DNA of 64,000 nucleotides from an uncultured Veillonellaceae bacterium (GTDB taxonomy: Bacteria > Bacillota > Negativicutes > JARBTT01). Positions 9,036 to 20,179 of this stretch are shown piece by piece (position 1 is the stretch's first letter; every line of letters begins with the position of its first letter). A model generated the notes under the pieces. The model was not told the DNA's origin. It saw only the letters and a list, made by a program, of their open reading frames with translations, and searched no databases. The position numbers and the translations under genes are program-made. The DNA lies in contig CAWDTA010000002.1 of the NCBI GenBank assembly GCA_963805085.1, forward strand, positions 1,120,001-1,184,000, given 5' to 3'.

Positions 9036-12000
9036 ATGAATTCGAAAGAGAGTTTACTTGCACAGCAAGCGGAAAAAACAAGTTGCGATGGTAAAAAGGA
9101 TTCAATAGAAATAGAATCAGGGCAATCTCCAAAACCAGATTTTACTGAAGAAAACAAAGTAGTTTCAGCGGTAGGTTCACAGGCAAATATGGCATTCGTT
9201 TCGCAAGTGGATCAAGGTATACTTCTAGAAAAGACTATATATAAACTTAGAGGACTCTTTGCAGAAATTATTAAGTTACCTATTGACAGAATTGATGCTG
9301 ATGAGGCTTTGGAGGTATATGGAATTGACTCGATTATGATTATCGAGTTTAATAAAAAACTAGTTAATATTTTTGGAGAACTGTCAAAAACTTTGTTTTT
9401 TGAATATAGAACCTTAGAAACTTTTGCGGGATATCTCATTGCACACTATTCGCAAGATTGTGTGAAGTGGACTGGCCTAGTAGATCAGCAGCGAAAAAGA
9501 CCGGAAGTGGATTCAGCAGCAGTGCATTCTAATGAAGACCTTCCTGTGTTAACCTCATTGAAAGCAAGCAAGAAAGCAGGGCAAAACTTTACCGTTAAGA
9601 GACCAGATAAAAGAACCCAGGAACCTATTGCCATTATTGGCATGAGTGGACGTTATCCACAAGCAAAAGATTTAAATGAATATTGGAAAAATTTAAAGGA
9701 AGGCAAAGATTGTATTACAGAAATTCCGGAAGAACGCTGGTCATTAGAAGGTTTTTTCAATCCAGATGTTCAGGAAGCTATAGCACAAGGAAAAAGCTAT
9801 AGTAAATGGGGTGGCTTTGTAGACGGATTTGCAGATTTTGATGCTTTCTTTTTCAGTATCCCGCCTCGAGAAGCGATCAACATAGATCCTCAAGAACGGT
9901 GCTTTATTGAATCATGCTGGGAAGTGTTAGAGGATGCTGGATACACTAAGGAACTGCTTGAAAAACAGTATAATCGGCGGGTTGGTATTTTCGCAGGAAT
10001 CAACAGAACTGGTTTTGCCTTATATGGACCCGACCTATGGAAACAGGGCGAAAAAATTTTCCCCTATACTCAGTTTGGCTCGGTCGCTAACAGAGTTTCC
10101 TATTTGCTGAATCTACAGGGACCAAGTATGCCGATCGATACAATGTGTTCATCTTCATTAACTGCGATTCACGAAGCCTGCGAACATATTCATAATGGAG
10201 AATGTGAAATGGCGATTGCAGGTGGGGTAACCCTGTACCTTCATCCGTCTAATTACACTCAACTTTGTAGTTTGCAAATGCTGTCTGTAGATGGACAATG
10301 TAAGAGCTTTGGACAAGGTGGTAATGGATATGTACCTGGAGAAGGAGTAGGTACTGTTTTATTGAAGCGCTTATCCCAGGCTATCGCCGATAGGGATCAT
10401 ATTTACGCCGTAATTCGAGGTACTGGTATTAATCATGGTGGAAAAACCAATGGATATACGGTACCTAATCCGACAGCCCAAGGGGAACTTATTAGAACGG
10501 TATTGGATAAAGCAGGGGTAGATGCCCGAGCAGTCAGCTATATTGAAACTCATGGAACTGGGACGGCTCTTGGCGATCCTATTGAAATTACTGGGATTAC
10601 TCAAGCGTTTCTAAAGGATACGCAAAAAACACAGTTTTGCGCCATTGGCTCTGTAAAATCAAATATTGGACATTTGGAAGCTGCAGCGGGGATTGCAGGA
10701 GTTACTAAAATTGTATTGCAAATGAAGCATCAGAAAATTGTCCCAAGCTTACATTCAAAACAATTAAACCCCAATATTGATTTTACAAAAACGCCGGTTG
10801 TTGTTCAGCAAGAACTTGTGGATTGGAAACGGCCAATTATTGAAATAAACGGAGAAGTTAAGGCATATCCTAGAATTGCCGGTATCTCGTCCTTTGGTGC
10901 GGGTGGAGCAAACGCCCACGTGCTGATTGAAGAATATATTCCAGATGATCACGAAGATGCTCAAGGGATGATTAATAACTTGGATTTTGCAATTATTGTT
11001 TTATCAGCAAAAAATCGAGAACAACTCAAAAAACAAGTGCAGCAATTGTTAGCTGCTATCCAAGAACAACAATTTTCTGATAATAGCCTGGCTGATATGG
11101 CTTACACACTTCAAATAGGGCGCGAAGCAATGGAAGAACGTTTAGCTGTGGCTGTTAGATCAATCAAAGAACTTGAGGAAAAACTACAGGGCTTTCTCGA
11201 CGACCGGGATGGCATCCCCGATCTATATCAAGGACAGGTCAAACGTAATAAAGAGACATTGTCAATTTTTAAAACTGATAAAGAATTACAGGAAGCAATG
11301 GAAAAATGGATTGAACGCGGGAAATACAGTCAGCTTATGGAGCTCTGGGTCAAAGGATTAAACTTTGATTGGGACAAGTTGTACGGAGAGGATAAACCCC
11401 GCCGTATCAGTTTGCCGACTTATCCGTTTGCCAAGGAACGTTATTGGGTGCCAGAAGTAGTGAAAAAATCTAGTATTATAACAAAGGCTTCCGAGGGAGT
11501 AGTTCTTCATCCATTACTGCAACAGAATACCTCGAATTTTTCCGGTCAGCGTTATAGTTCTATTTTTTCGGGGCAGGAGTTTTTTCTGGCGGATCATATA
11601 GTAAACGGACAGCGCGTTTTGCCTGGGGTGGCCTATCTAGAGATGGCCAGGGCGGCAATTGAACAAGCAGAAGGTTTGGAAGCAGGTGAGAAAAGGATCG
11701 GGTTGAAAAATATTGCTTGGGCCAATCCTATTGTCGTTAATGGACAGTCAGTAAAGGTACATATTGGTCTCTATCCTAAGGAGAATGGAGAAATAGCTTA
11801 TGAAATCTATGTCGGAGAGGATAACGCGGAACCTGTTATATATAGTCAAGGAATTGCAGTGTTCAATCCGGCAACGGAAGTTCCAACCTTGGATTTGAAG
11901 AGTTTACAGGCGCAGTGCAGCAAAGGTGTGCTTAGTTCCAGTGAATGTTATGACACATTTAAGGCTGTAGGGATTGAATATGGTTCAGCTTACAAGGGTG

Positions 12001-15000
12001 TTGAAAAAGTGTATGTGGGAGCAGAGAAAGTATTGGCCAAACTGTCTTTACCTAATGTTGTAACTAATACTGGAGACCAATATGTCTTGCACCCAAGTTT
12101 AATGGATTCTGCCTTACAGGCATCAATTGGGCTTTTAGGCGGCAATAATTTCAAACCGGTTTTGCCTTTCAATCTTCAAAATATAGAAATTATTAGTAAA
12201 TGCACGACGGTCATGTGGGCTCTGATTAGCTACAGTGAGGACAAAGCTAAAGGGCAAAGCCTGGACATTGATTTAAGTGATGAAAACGGAACAGTGTGCG
12301 TCAGGATGAGGGGATATTTAACAAGGGGGCTGGAAAGTGAAAGTTTGTTGAATAATATTGGAACACTATTGTTCTCTCCACGTTGGCAAGCACAAGAAGT
12401 TACCCGGGAAGCTACAGCTCCGGACTATGCCCAGCATTTGGCAGTACTTTGTGAACCGGATAATACTCTCCAGAAAAGCGTTGAAAGGCAGATGGAGGAT
12501 GTTCACTGTATTACTTTGCAATCCGTAGAAGAAGATATTGATAAAAGGTTCCAAACCTATGCTATTCAAGTGGTTGAGAAAATTAAGGACATTCTTGCAG
12601 ATAAGCCTAAAGGTAAGGTACTGTTGCAAATTGTGGTCACTAGCCAAAATGAACAGCAAGTTTTCTCCGGACTTTCGGGGCTTTTGAAAACAGCTCGGCT
12701 GGAAAATCCAAAAATCATAGGGCAGCTGATTGAAGTGGAAGCGGGAGAAGGCGGCGACGGGGTTGTAGAAAAACTTAAGGAGAACAGCAGGAGTCCAATT
12801 GATAGTCATATTAGTTATCAGGACGGAGCAAGGTATATCTCACGTTTCAGTCAATTGGAAATTCCCCAGGAACAAGTGGTTATCCCCTGGAAGGAACAGG
12901 GCATATATTTGATTACTGGAGGGGCTGGTGGACTAGGTCTTATATTTGCCAAAGAGATTGCTCAGCATGCTAAGGGGGCCACTCTGATCATTACAGGACG
13001 GTCTGCTTTAAGTGAAAACAAACAAGCAAAATTGCGAGAATTACAGTCGCTAGGAGTTCGGATTGAATACCGGCGGATTGATGTGACAGATAAAGAAGCG
13101 GTGTCAGCGTTAATCTATAGCATTCGGAATGAGTTTAAAGGCCTAAATGGCATTATTCACGGTGCCGGACTGATTCGGGATAACTTTATCATTAAAAAGA
13201 CCAAGGAAGAAATGCAAGAAGTTTTATTACCAAAGGTTACTGGGCTGGTAAACCTAGATCAGGCAAGTAGAGAACTGCCGTTGGACTTTTTAATTCTCTT
13301 TTCTTCAGCCGCCGGGGCTTTGGGCAATCCGGGACAGGTAGACTATGCAGCGGCTAATGCCTTTCTAAATGCCTATGCTAAGTACCGAAATTCACTGGTA
13401 GCCTTAACACAACGATACGGACAAACCATAGCAATGAATTGGCCGCTGTGGAAGGAAGGCGGGATGCGTGTTGATCAAGAAACCGAGAAGCTGTTAAGTA
13501 GCGAAGGTATTATCACGCTGCGGACCTCAAGCGGTATTAAGGCTCTGTATCAAGGAATGGGTTCCGGTGAAGAACAAGTCGTAGTAATAGAAGGCGATAT
13601 ACGGAGGATACAGGAGAGATTCTTAAGTACGCCGACAAAAACTGAATCACATCCTCCTAAAATGACGGTTTCGGAAATTGATACCGGAATACTGCGAGAA
13701 AAAACCCTATATCAGCTTGAAATGCTATTATCTAAAGTAACCCAGATAGATGCTGGAAAATTAGATGACGATGAACCTTTAGAGACTTATGGGATTGATT
13801 CGATCATCATTACTCAGCTCAATCATGAGCTGGCCGGAACCTTTGGAGAGATATCCAAAACACTATTTTATGAATATCAGACTTTGGGCGCCTTGGTAGA
13901 ATATTTTATTGCCGAACATACACAGACATGCAGGCAATGGACTGGACTAGTAACTGAAGTCCAGGCAAAGCCAGAAATATCGAAGAAACCTTTAACGGAT
14001 GTAGGCACTGATAATAAGGTTCCCGTTTTGACATCATGGGAAAAAGGCAAGAAGCAAAAAAGAAACTACCTTTGTACAAATTTAGATTCCAAAAACTTCG
14101 AACCTATTGCCATTATTGGTATGAGTGGGCGTTATCCGCAGGCAAAAACTCTCCAAGACTACTGGACGAATTTGGAATCCGGTAAGAATTGTATTACAGA
14201 AATTCCCCAAGAGCGCTGGCCGTTGGAGGGATTCTTCCAATCCGATAAACAAGAAGCTGTGGACCAAGGCAAAAGTTACAGTAAATGGGGCGGGTTTATA
14301 GATAACTTTGCGGATTTTGATCCCTTGTTTTTTAATATTTCGCTAAAGGATGCAAGAAATATGGATCCTCAGGAACGCTTATTTGTTGAATCCTGCTGGG
14401 CAGTGTTTGAGGATGCAGGATATACTAAGGAACAGCTTGCCGTAAAGTATAATGACCGAATCGGTGTTTTTGCGGGAATTACAAAAACAGGCTTTGAGTT
14501 ATACGGTCCTGATTTATGGAAGCAGGGTGAAAAAATATTTCCTCATACTTCGTTCAGCTCAGTGGCTAATAGGGTTTCCTACCTGCTGAATTTACATGGA
14601 CCTAGTATGCCGATTGATACAATGTGCTCTTCCTCGTTAACAGCGATTCATGAGGCTTGTGAACATCTCTATCGTGGAGAATGTGAAATGGCGATTGCGG
14701 GCGGCGTTAATTTGTATCTACATCCATTGAGTTATATTGGACTTTGTGCACAGCAAATGCTGTCTATAGATGGACAGTGCAAGAGCTTTGGACGAGGCGG
14801 AAACGGATTTGTGCCTGGTGAAGGGGTAGGAGCTATACTGCTGAAACGTCTATCCCAGGCGATAGCTGATGAAGATCATATTTACGCCGTTATCCGGGCA
14901 ACCAGCATTAACCATGGTGGAAAGACGAATGGTTATACGGTTCCCAATCCTATAGCCCAAGGGGAGATTGTCCGGGCTGTGCTGGATAAAGCAGGGGTAA

Positions 15001-18000
15001 ATGCCCGCGCAATCAGCTATATAGAAGCTCACGGTACGGGAACAGAACTTGGCGATCCGATTGAAATTACGGGATTAAGCCAGGCATTTGCTAAGGATAC
15101 CCAAGATACCCAGTTTTGTGCCATTGGCTCAGCAAAATCGAATATAGGTCATTTGGAAGCTGCCGCTGGGATTGCAGGAGTTACCAAGATTGTACTGCAA
15201 ATGCAACACAAAAAAATTGTTCCAAGCCTGCATGCCAAAGAGCTAAATCCTAATATCAATTTTGCCAAGACACCATTTGTAGTTCAACAAGATCTTGCGG
15301 AATGGAAACGACCAATAGTTGAGAGCAACGGAGTAAGTAAGGAATATCCAAGAATAGCCGGTATATCAGCTTTTGGTGCCGGAGGATCAAATGCTCACGT
15401 AGTGATTGAAGAATATATCCCGCAGGATACGGAGCGGTCTAACATTCTGATTGGTGAGCAGAGTCCTGCCATTATCGTATTGTCAGCAAAGGATGAAGAC
15501 CGTCTTAAAGCTAAGGTACAACAATTGCTCTCTGCGATTCAAAAACAAAAATTAAGTGATAATGATCTTGCCAATATCGCGTATACACTTCAGGTAGGGC
15601 GTGAAGCAATGGCAGAGCGCTTGGCTTTATTCGCAGGATCTATGAAAGAACTGGAAGAAAAACTAAAGGCATTTATAGCTGGTAAGAGTGGAATTGAAAA
15701 TTTGTATCAAGGTCAGGTCAAACGTAATAAAGAAACGCTTAATCTTTTTGCTGCAGATGAAGATTTGCAACAAGTAATCGATATTTGGGCCAGTAAAGGA
15801 AAATATGCTAAACTTTTAGATCTTTGGGTCAAGGGGCTAGTTTTTGACTGGAACAAGATTTATGAGGATGTCAAGCCTCGTCGAATCAGCCTGCCTACAT
15901 ATCCATTCGCAAGGGAACACTTCTGGATACCTAAAATTACCGATGATTTCCAAGTAACGCCGAAAAATCGACAAGGAAATGAGAAACGCAGCGCCTTGAT
16001 GTATCAAGGTGATCGTGTACAAGCATCAGAACCTTTAAAAGGCAGGCTGATTGCTTCTCCGCTGAAAGAAATGCAATTTGAATATATTATGAGTACTGAG
16101 AACTTTACTGAGCTTAGAGATAACCATAATGTGCTGCATGTTGGATATTATCAGGAAATATTGTGCGATGCTGTTAAGGCTAGTTTCAATACTAGCTCAT
16201 ATGTACTACATAATATTGAGTTCTTAACAGCTTTGAGGTTTGATGAAGATTCTGCCCGAGTTGTGAATCTGATCTTAAGTCCTGAAGATGAAAATGGTTT
16301 TATGAAGTTTCAGGTAAGTAGTCGGAAAACCGGGAAGAATAAATGGACGCTGCATGTAAAAGGAAGCCTTAAGATTAATAGGGATATTCAAGTTGATAAA
16401 TTGCCGGTTGAGCAATATCTTAATATTACCAAGGATGGGGAACAGTACACAGCCGACGAGTTTTACCAAAAAATATTTGAACAAGGTTTTCGTTTAGGTG
16501 ATAGTGTAAAATGGGTGGATCATGTATGGCATAGAAAGGGAGAAATTCTTGCCCGTTTTAGACCTTTCACTGAAATGGAGAAGTGGTGCAATTACTCTAT
16601 TGGGATTCATCCTGGTGTGCTTGATGCATGCGCACAACTTTTTGTTTTCGCCGGTCAGGAATGCCTGCCATCAGGTACCATCTTTATGGTGGTAGAAATG
16701 AAAGAATTCAGCTTTCATTGTGCAGGCAACAGGGATAAAGCTGTATGGTGCCATTTTGTGCTGGATAAAGATGGCCAGGATGGCGATTGTATACAAGGAA
16801 ACTATACGCTTTATGATGAAGATGGACTTATTCTGGCACAGGCGAGAGGAAAAAAAGTAAAAAAATTAAATATAAAAGGCTTAAAAACTATAGATCTGAA
16901 TCGTAGTCAAGCCGAAAATTTTAAGAAATCCTTATTGTCTGATGCAAATGATGGAAAATCATGTATGCAAGCTGAAGTATTGGAAGACTCATTGCGGCAG
17001 ATAATGGCTGAACAATTAGGTATGTTGCCGGAACAACTTGATACCGGTGAGTCACTGAGAGATTTGGGAATGGATTCAATTGCCGCCATGAACTTTAGAA
17101 GTATGGTTGAGAAGTCCTTGGGCACAAAGATTTCCGCGGAAGACTTACTGGAAGGACCGTGTATTAAGGAATTGGCTGCTACTTTGAATTCTCAATGGCA
17201 AAAATTGGATAAGGATGGCGAAGAACAAGAAAAAACTGAAATTGTTAAGAGTGAAGAGCTGGAGGATTCTTTGCGGCAACTAATGGCCGAACAATTAGGT
17301 ATGTTGCCAGAACAGCTTGACACTGGCGAGCCGCTGAGAGATTTGGGAATGGATTCAATTGCCGCTATGAACTTTAGAAATATGGTTGAGAAGTCCTTAG
17401 GTATAAAGATATCCGCGGAAGACTTACTGGAAGGACCGTGTATTAAGGAGTTGGCTACGATAATACAGACTGAATTACAAAATTCTGATCTTAAGCCTAA
17501 AAAATTGGCAACCGTACAGGAGCAATCAAAAGGGGCAAGTATATGGTATGCGCATAGAATTATCAATAAAAATGCTAAATTTAGACTCTTTTGTTTACCA
17601 TATGGCGGCGGGGGAGCCTCATTATATCGTGAATGGCAAGGAAAACTGCCGGATTATATTGAAGTATGTCCTATTCAGATGCCAGGTAAAGAAAACAGAA
17701 TAAAGGAAGTTCCTATTGACAATATTGATGACGCAGTAAATACGCTGGAAAAAGCTATCAAAACTGAATTAGATATTCCTTATGCCTTTTATGGGCATAG
17801 CTTGGGAGTACTAATTGGCTACAGACTATCTTACCGTTTATGGCAAACGGCAAAAAATAAACCTAGCCACTTCTTTGTGGGAGGTTTTAGCCGACCTGAG
17901 GCTATTCCTAATTTTAATCTTGGAAAGAGGCTTGCTATGTTAAAATCTAGAGGTTTTGACAGTATTCCCACTGTAAGTGAAATCGAAGCGTTACCAGCTG

Positions 18001-18341
18001 AACAGCTTGACTTCTTGGTGCACCAAATAGGGGGCATGGAAAATGTCGTTGTAGAGGACGACATAGCTAGGAAACTGATAGCGGCCGCTCTTTGTGATTT
18101 GAGAATTTGTGAGAGCTTTAAGTTTAAAGAGGAGCCTCCATTTGACGTACCGATTACTGTTTTTCACGGCATAAAGGATGAGCGTGTTCCGGTAGAGAGT
18201 ATGGAGGCATGGAAATTGAATACTACATCAGCCTTTAAACTCCATGTGCTACCAGGAAATCATTTCTTCCTAAATAAAGAGCAGTATCAAGATGAATTGA
18301 TGGCCTTTATTAAAGAAGATATAGATCTGCATATATCCTAA
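9036..18341 (+). CDS. terminal trans-AT PKS: ACP-KS-DH-KR-ACP-KS-(atypical hotdog)-ACP-ACP-TE
   Basis: RBS aaggagg; GIDS ACPs; two KS with DTMCSS/HGTGT/NIGH; DH HIVNGQRVLP; KR GGAGGLG and YAAAN; two GMDS ACPs; TE GHSLG...GNHFF. Confidence 0.95.
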   Translation: MNSKESLLAQQAEKTSCDGKKDSIEIESGQSPKPDFTEENKVVSAVGSQANMAFVSQVDQGILLEKTIYKLRGLFAEIIKLPIDRIDADEALEVYGIDSIMIIEFNKKLVNIFGELSKTLFFEYRTLETFAGYLIAHYSQDCVKWTGLVDQQRKRPEVDSAAVHSNEDLPVLTSLKASKKAGQNFTVKRPDKRTQEPIAIIGMSGRYPQAKDLNEYWKNLKEGKDCITEIPEERWSLEGFFNPDVQEAIAQGKSYSKWGGFVDGFADFDAFFFSIPPREAINIDPQERCFIESCWEVLEDAGYTKELLEKQYNRRVGIFAGINRTGFALYGPDLWKQGEKIFPYTQFGSVANRVSYLLNLQGPSMPIDTMCSSSLTAIHEACEHIHNGECEMAIAGGVTLYLHPSNYTQLCSLQMLSVDGQCKSFGQGGNGYVPGEGVGTVLLKRLSQAIADRDHIYAVIRGTGINHGGKTNGYTVPNPTAQGELIRTVLDKAGVDARAVSYIETHGTGTALGDPIEITGITQAFLKDTQKTQFCAIGSVKSNIGHLEAAAGIAGVTKIVLQMKHQKIVPSLHSKQLNPNIDFTKTPVVVQQELVDWKRPIIEINGEVKAYPRIAGISSFGAGGANAHVLIEEYIPDDHEDAQGMINNLDFAIIVLSAKNREQLKKQVQQLLAAIQEQQFSDNSLADMAYTLQIGREAMEERLAVAVRSIKELEEKLQGFLDDRDGIPDLYQGQVKRNKETLSIFKTDKELQEAMEKWIERGKYSQLMELWVKGLNFDWDKLYGEDKPRRISLPTYPFAKERYWVPEVVKKSSIITKASEGVVLHPLLQQNTSNFSGQRYSSIFSGQEFFLADHIVNGQRVLPGVAYLEMARAAIEQAEGLEAGEKRIGLKNIAWANPIVVNGQSVKVHIGLYPKENGEIAYEIYVGEDNAEPVIYSQGIAVFNPATEVPTLDLKSLQAQCSKGVLSSSECYDTFKAVGIEYGSAYKGVEKVYVGAEKVLAKLSLPNVVTNTGDQYVLHPSLMDSALQASIGLLGGNNFKPVLPFNLQNIEIISKCTTVMWALISYSEDKAKGQSLDIDLSDENGTVCVRMRGYLTRGLESESLLNNIGTLLFSPRWQAQEVTREATAPDYAQHLAVLCEPDNTLQKSVERQMEDVHCITLQSVEEDIDKRFQTYAIQVVEKIKDILADKPKGKVLLQIVVTSQNEQQVFSGLSGLLKTARLENPKIIGQLIEVEAGEGGDGVVEKLKENSRSPIDSHISYQDGARYISRFSQLEIPQEQVVIPWKEQGIYLITGGAGGLGLIFAKEIAQHAKGATLIITGRSALSENKQAKLRELQSLGVRIEYRRIDVTDKEAVSALIYSIRNEFKGLNGIIHGAGLIRDNFIIKKTKEEMQEVLLPKVTGLVNLDQASRELPLDFLILFSSAAGALGNPGQVDYAAANAFLNAYAKYRNSLVALTQRYGQTIAMNWPLWKEGGMRVDQETEKLLSSEGIITLRTSSGIKALYQGMGSGEEQVVVIEGDIRRIQERFLSTPTKTESHPPKMTVSEIDTGILREKTLYQLEMLLSKVTQIDAGKLDDDEPLETYGIDSIIITQLNHELAGTFGEISKTLFYEYQTLGALVEYFIAEHTQTCRQWTGLVTEVQAKPEISKKPLTDVGTDNKVPVLTSWEKGKKQKRNYLCTNLDSKNFEPIAIIGMSGRYPQAKTLQDYWTNLESGKNCITEIPQERWPLEGFFQSDKQEAVDQGKSYSKWGGFIDNFADFDPLFFNISLKDARNMDPQERLFVESCWAVFEDAGYTKEQLAVKYNDRIGVFAGITKTGFELYGPDLWKQGEKIFPHTSFSSVANRVSYLLNLHGPSMPIDTMCSSSLTAIHEACEHLYRGECEMAIAGGVNLYLHPLSYIGLCAQQMLSIDGQCKSFGRGGNGFVPGEGVGAILLKRLSQAIADEDHIYAVIRATSINHGGKTNGYTVPNPIAQGEIVRAVLDKAGVNARAISYIEAHGTGTELGDPIEITGLSQAFAKDTQDTQFCAIGSAKSNIGHLEAAAGIAGVTKIVLQMQHKKIVPSLHAKELNPNINFAKTPFVVQQDLAEWKRPIVESNGVSKEYPRIAGISAFGAGGSNAHVVIEEYIPQDTERSNILIGEQSPAIIVLSAKDEDRLKAKVQQLLSAIQKQKLSDNDLANIAYTLQVGREAMAERLALFAGSMKELEEKLKAFIAGKSGIENLYQGQVKRNKETLNLFAADEDLQQVIDIWASKGKYAKLLDLWVKGLVFDWNKIYEDVKPRRISLPTYPFAREHFWIPKITDDFQVTPKNRQGNEKRSALMYQGDRVQASEPLKGRLIASPLKEMQFEYIMSTENFTELRDNHNVLHVGYYQEILCDAVKASFNTSSYVLHNIEFLTALRFDEDSARVVNLILSPEDENGFMKFQVSSRKTGKNKWTLHVKGSLKINRDIQVDKLPVEQYLNITKDGEQYTADEFYQKIFEQGFRLGDSVKWVDHVWHRKGEILARFRPFTEMEKWCNYSIGIHPGVLDACAQLFVFAGQECLPSGTIFMVVEMKEFSFHCAGNRDKAVWCHFVLDKDGQDGDCIQGNYTLYDEDGLILAQARGKKVKKLNIKGLKTIDLNRSQAENFKKSLLSDANDGKSCMQAEVLEDSLRQIMAEQLGMLPEQLDTGESLRDLGMDSIAAMNFRSMVEKSLGTKISAEDLLEGPCIKELAATLNSQWQKLDKDGEEQEKTEIVKSEELEDSLRQLMAEQLGMLPEQLDTGEPLRDLGMDSIAAMNFRNMVEKSLGIKISAEDLLEGPCIKELATIIQTELQNSDLKPKKLATVQEQSKGASIWYAHRIINKNAKFRLFCLPYGGGGASLYREWQGKLPDYIEVCPIQMPGKENRIKEVPIDNIDDAVNTLEKAIKTELDIPYAFYGHSLGVLIGYRLSYRLWQTAKNKPSHFFVGGFSRPEAIPNFNLGKRLAMLKSRGFDSIPTVSEIEALPAEQLDFLVHQIGGMENVVVEDDIARKLIAAALCDLRICESFKFKEEPPFDVPITVFHGIKDERVPVESMEAWKLNTTSAFKLHVLPGNHFFLNKEQYQDELMAFIKEDIDLHIS

Positions 18342-18823
18342 TATTTGCCGAGACTAAATAAATTATTCGCAGCTTCGTTTTATCTGTAATTTCATGCCTA
18401 AGTGGAATTTCTCATCCCGGAAAATCGTATAGAAAATTTGAATGCTAATACAAATATATAGACCAACTGATTAAGGACAAAAAAGGCTAGAGGATGAAAT
18501 AGGTGTGAAAGCAGGACATTGTAAATCACAAAAAGAGCAAGAATCAAGTAGCTTAATAGGATGAATACTTAAGGCCCAGACCAAATCTTTTGGGGTATTC
18601 GATTATAGAAAAAAGAAGAGTGGTAAATGGAGATACCTGTGGATTTCATGAAAAATAAGGGTCTTTTGTTTAACCACTCTTCTTTGTTTTTGAAGATTTA
18701 GATTTGAATGATAACAGGAGGTGAAGGTTTATGTGACCTAATAACTTTAGAGTAAAGTATTCAATCGTTGCTAAATGAATGACAATTTTAGTATTTTCGA
18801 GAAAGTAGGAGGTGCGCAGTTTT

Positions 18824-19612
18824 ATGATGAACGTAAGTTTGGTATTAAGAAAAGAAATTTTAAATGGATGCAATACATTTACGGATTATTTCTCCATAAA
18901 ATTATCTGAAAAAAGCTACAAAGTTTCTTTGAATTTTTCTAAATTTAATAAGTTTGATGCAAGTTTAAACATAAAAAATCTTCTTCATGACGTTGAGCGT
19001 AAATATTTTGAGACTCTTAAATATAATCGAAGAATAAATAGTTTCCTTTTAGGAAGATATTCTGCTAAAAGAGCCATTACTGCATTAGTTGGTAATGAGA
19101 AAGATTTTACAAAAATTCTTATCAAAAAGGGAGTGTTTAATCAGCCAATTGTAGATTGTGAGACATCCAGTAATATACAGGTCAGTTTAAGCCATAGTGA
19201 TGACCTTGCAGCAGCAATAGCATTTAATGATATGCTGATTTTAGGAATTGATATTGAAAAAGCTAGTAGGCATATCAATCAAGAAGTGGAAGCAGTGTTA
19301 ACACAATGCGAAAGGGACCTTTCTTTTAAAGTTCCATGCTCATATAGAAATTTTCTGTTAATGATTTGGACAGTAAAGGAATCTCTTTCTAAGGTTCTTA
19401 AAACCGGGTTAACAGTACCTATGCGCATTTTAGAAGTAAGAAATATTGAAGAGCTTGAGGGATATTGCGTCAGCACTTTTACAAATTTTCCACAATATAG
19501 TACAGTGTCCTTTATAGTGGAAGATTATGTTTGCTCGATTACATTCCCAAAAAATGTTGAAATATATATAGACATTAATAGGATAAAGGATAATTTATAT
19601 AAGATTTTATAA
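18824..19612 (+). CDS. Sfp-type 4'-phosphopantetheinyl transferase
   Basis: VSLSHS, LGIDIE and WTVKESLSK motifs; RBS aggagg at 18807-18812 favours the ATG at 18824; adjacent to the PKS. Confidence 0.9.
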   Translation: MMNVSLVLRKEILNGCNTFTDYFSIKLSEKSYKVSLNFSKFNKFDASLNIKNLLHDVERKYFETLKYNRRINSFLLGRYSAKRAITALVGNEKDFTKILIKKGVFNQPIVDCETSSNIQVSLSHSDDLAAAIAFNDMLILGIDIEKASRHINQEVEAVLTQCERDLSFKVPCSYRNFLLMIWTVKESLSKVLKTGLTVPMRILEVRNIEELEGYCVSTFTNFPQYSTVSFIVEDYVCSITFPKNVEIYIDINRIKDNLYKIL

Positions 19613-19763
19613 AGAAAAAATGTAAGTGTCCGTGAAGGATAAAAAGTATGAAATCATACAATTCAATGATATCATTGCTGATACTAACACCTCGATCGCT
19701 TTCACACAGTCTGGCATCCCTAGTGTACTTGAGTTAAAGACGATTGCAATATAAAATTTTATT

Positions 19764-19818
19764 GAAAAAGTGTGCCTCAACAAAGACTTCATGAGCCATT
19801 GTTGAGGCACGCTTTTTT
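19764..19818 (+). terminator. Rho-independent terminator after PPTase
   Basis: gtgcctcaaca...tgttgaggcac stem followed by a T-tract. Confidence 0.65.
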
Positions 19819-20043
19819 ATTAGCGTATTTGGTAGTATAATTTCAAAACAATGAAAACAGCAAGAATACAATGTAAACTCTGTTGGAACACAAGCTTGTA
19901 ACGTATTATAATGTTCATCAAGGACCCTAATGTTTTTGTTTTACTATTTATGTTTCAGTATTTGCTACTGGAATTATTCTTAGTCATCGTAGTTCGGAGA
20001 TGTAATAAAGGCTTTGGTGATATATTAAAAATAAGGGGTGAAA

Positions 20044-20179
20044 TTGACAAAAAAATTAGGTGGGTGTAAAATTAACTCAATTGATTAACTAGTTAACTAA
20101 TTAGACTGATAATAATAAAAAGAGTAAAAGATATAATTGGTGAAGCTGCTATTCTATATAGTTAACTAGTTAATCAATT
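20044..20179 (+). promoter_or_regulatory. sigma70/A promoter with two palindromic operators upstream of MFS gene
   Basis: TTGACA (20044)-17 bp-TAAAAT (20067). 21-bp inverted copies at 20079-20099 and 20159-20179, each containing the palindrome TTAACTAGTTAA. Confidence 0.75.

Noticed and set aside
18342-18823. 480-bp gap between the PKS and the PPTase
   Set aside because: No convincing ORF, repeat or RNA structure was found.
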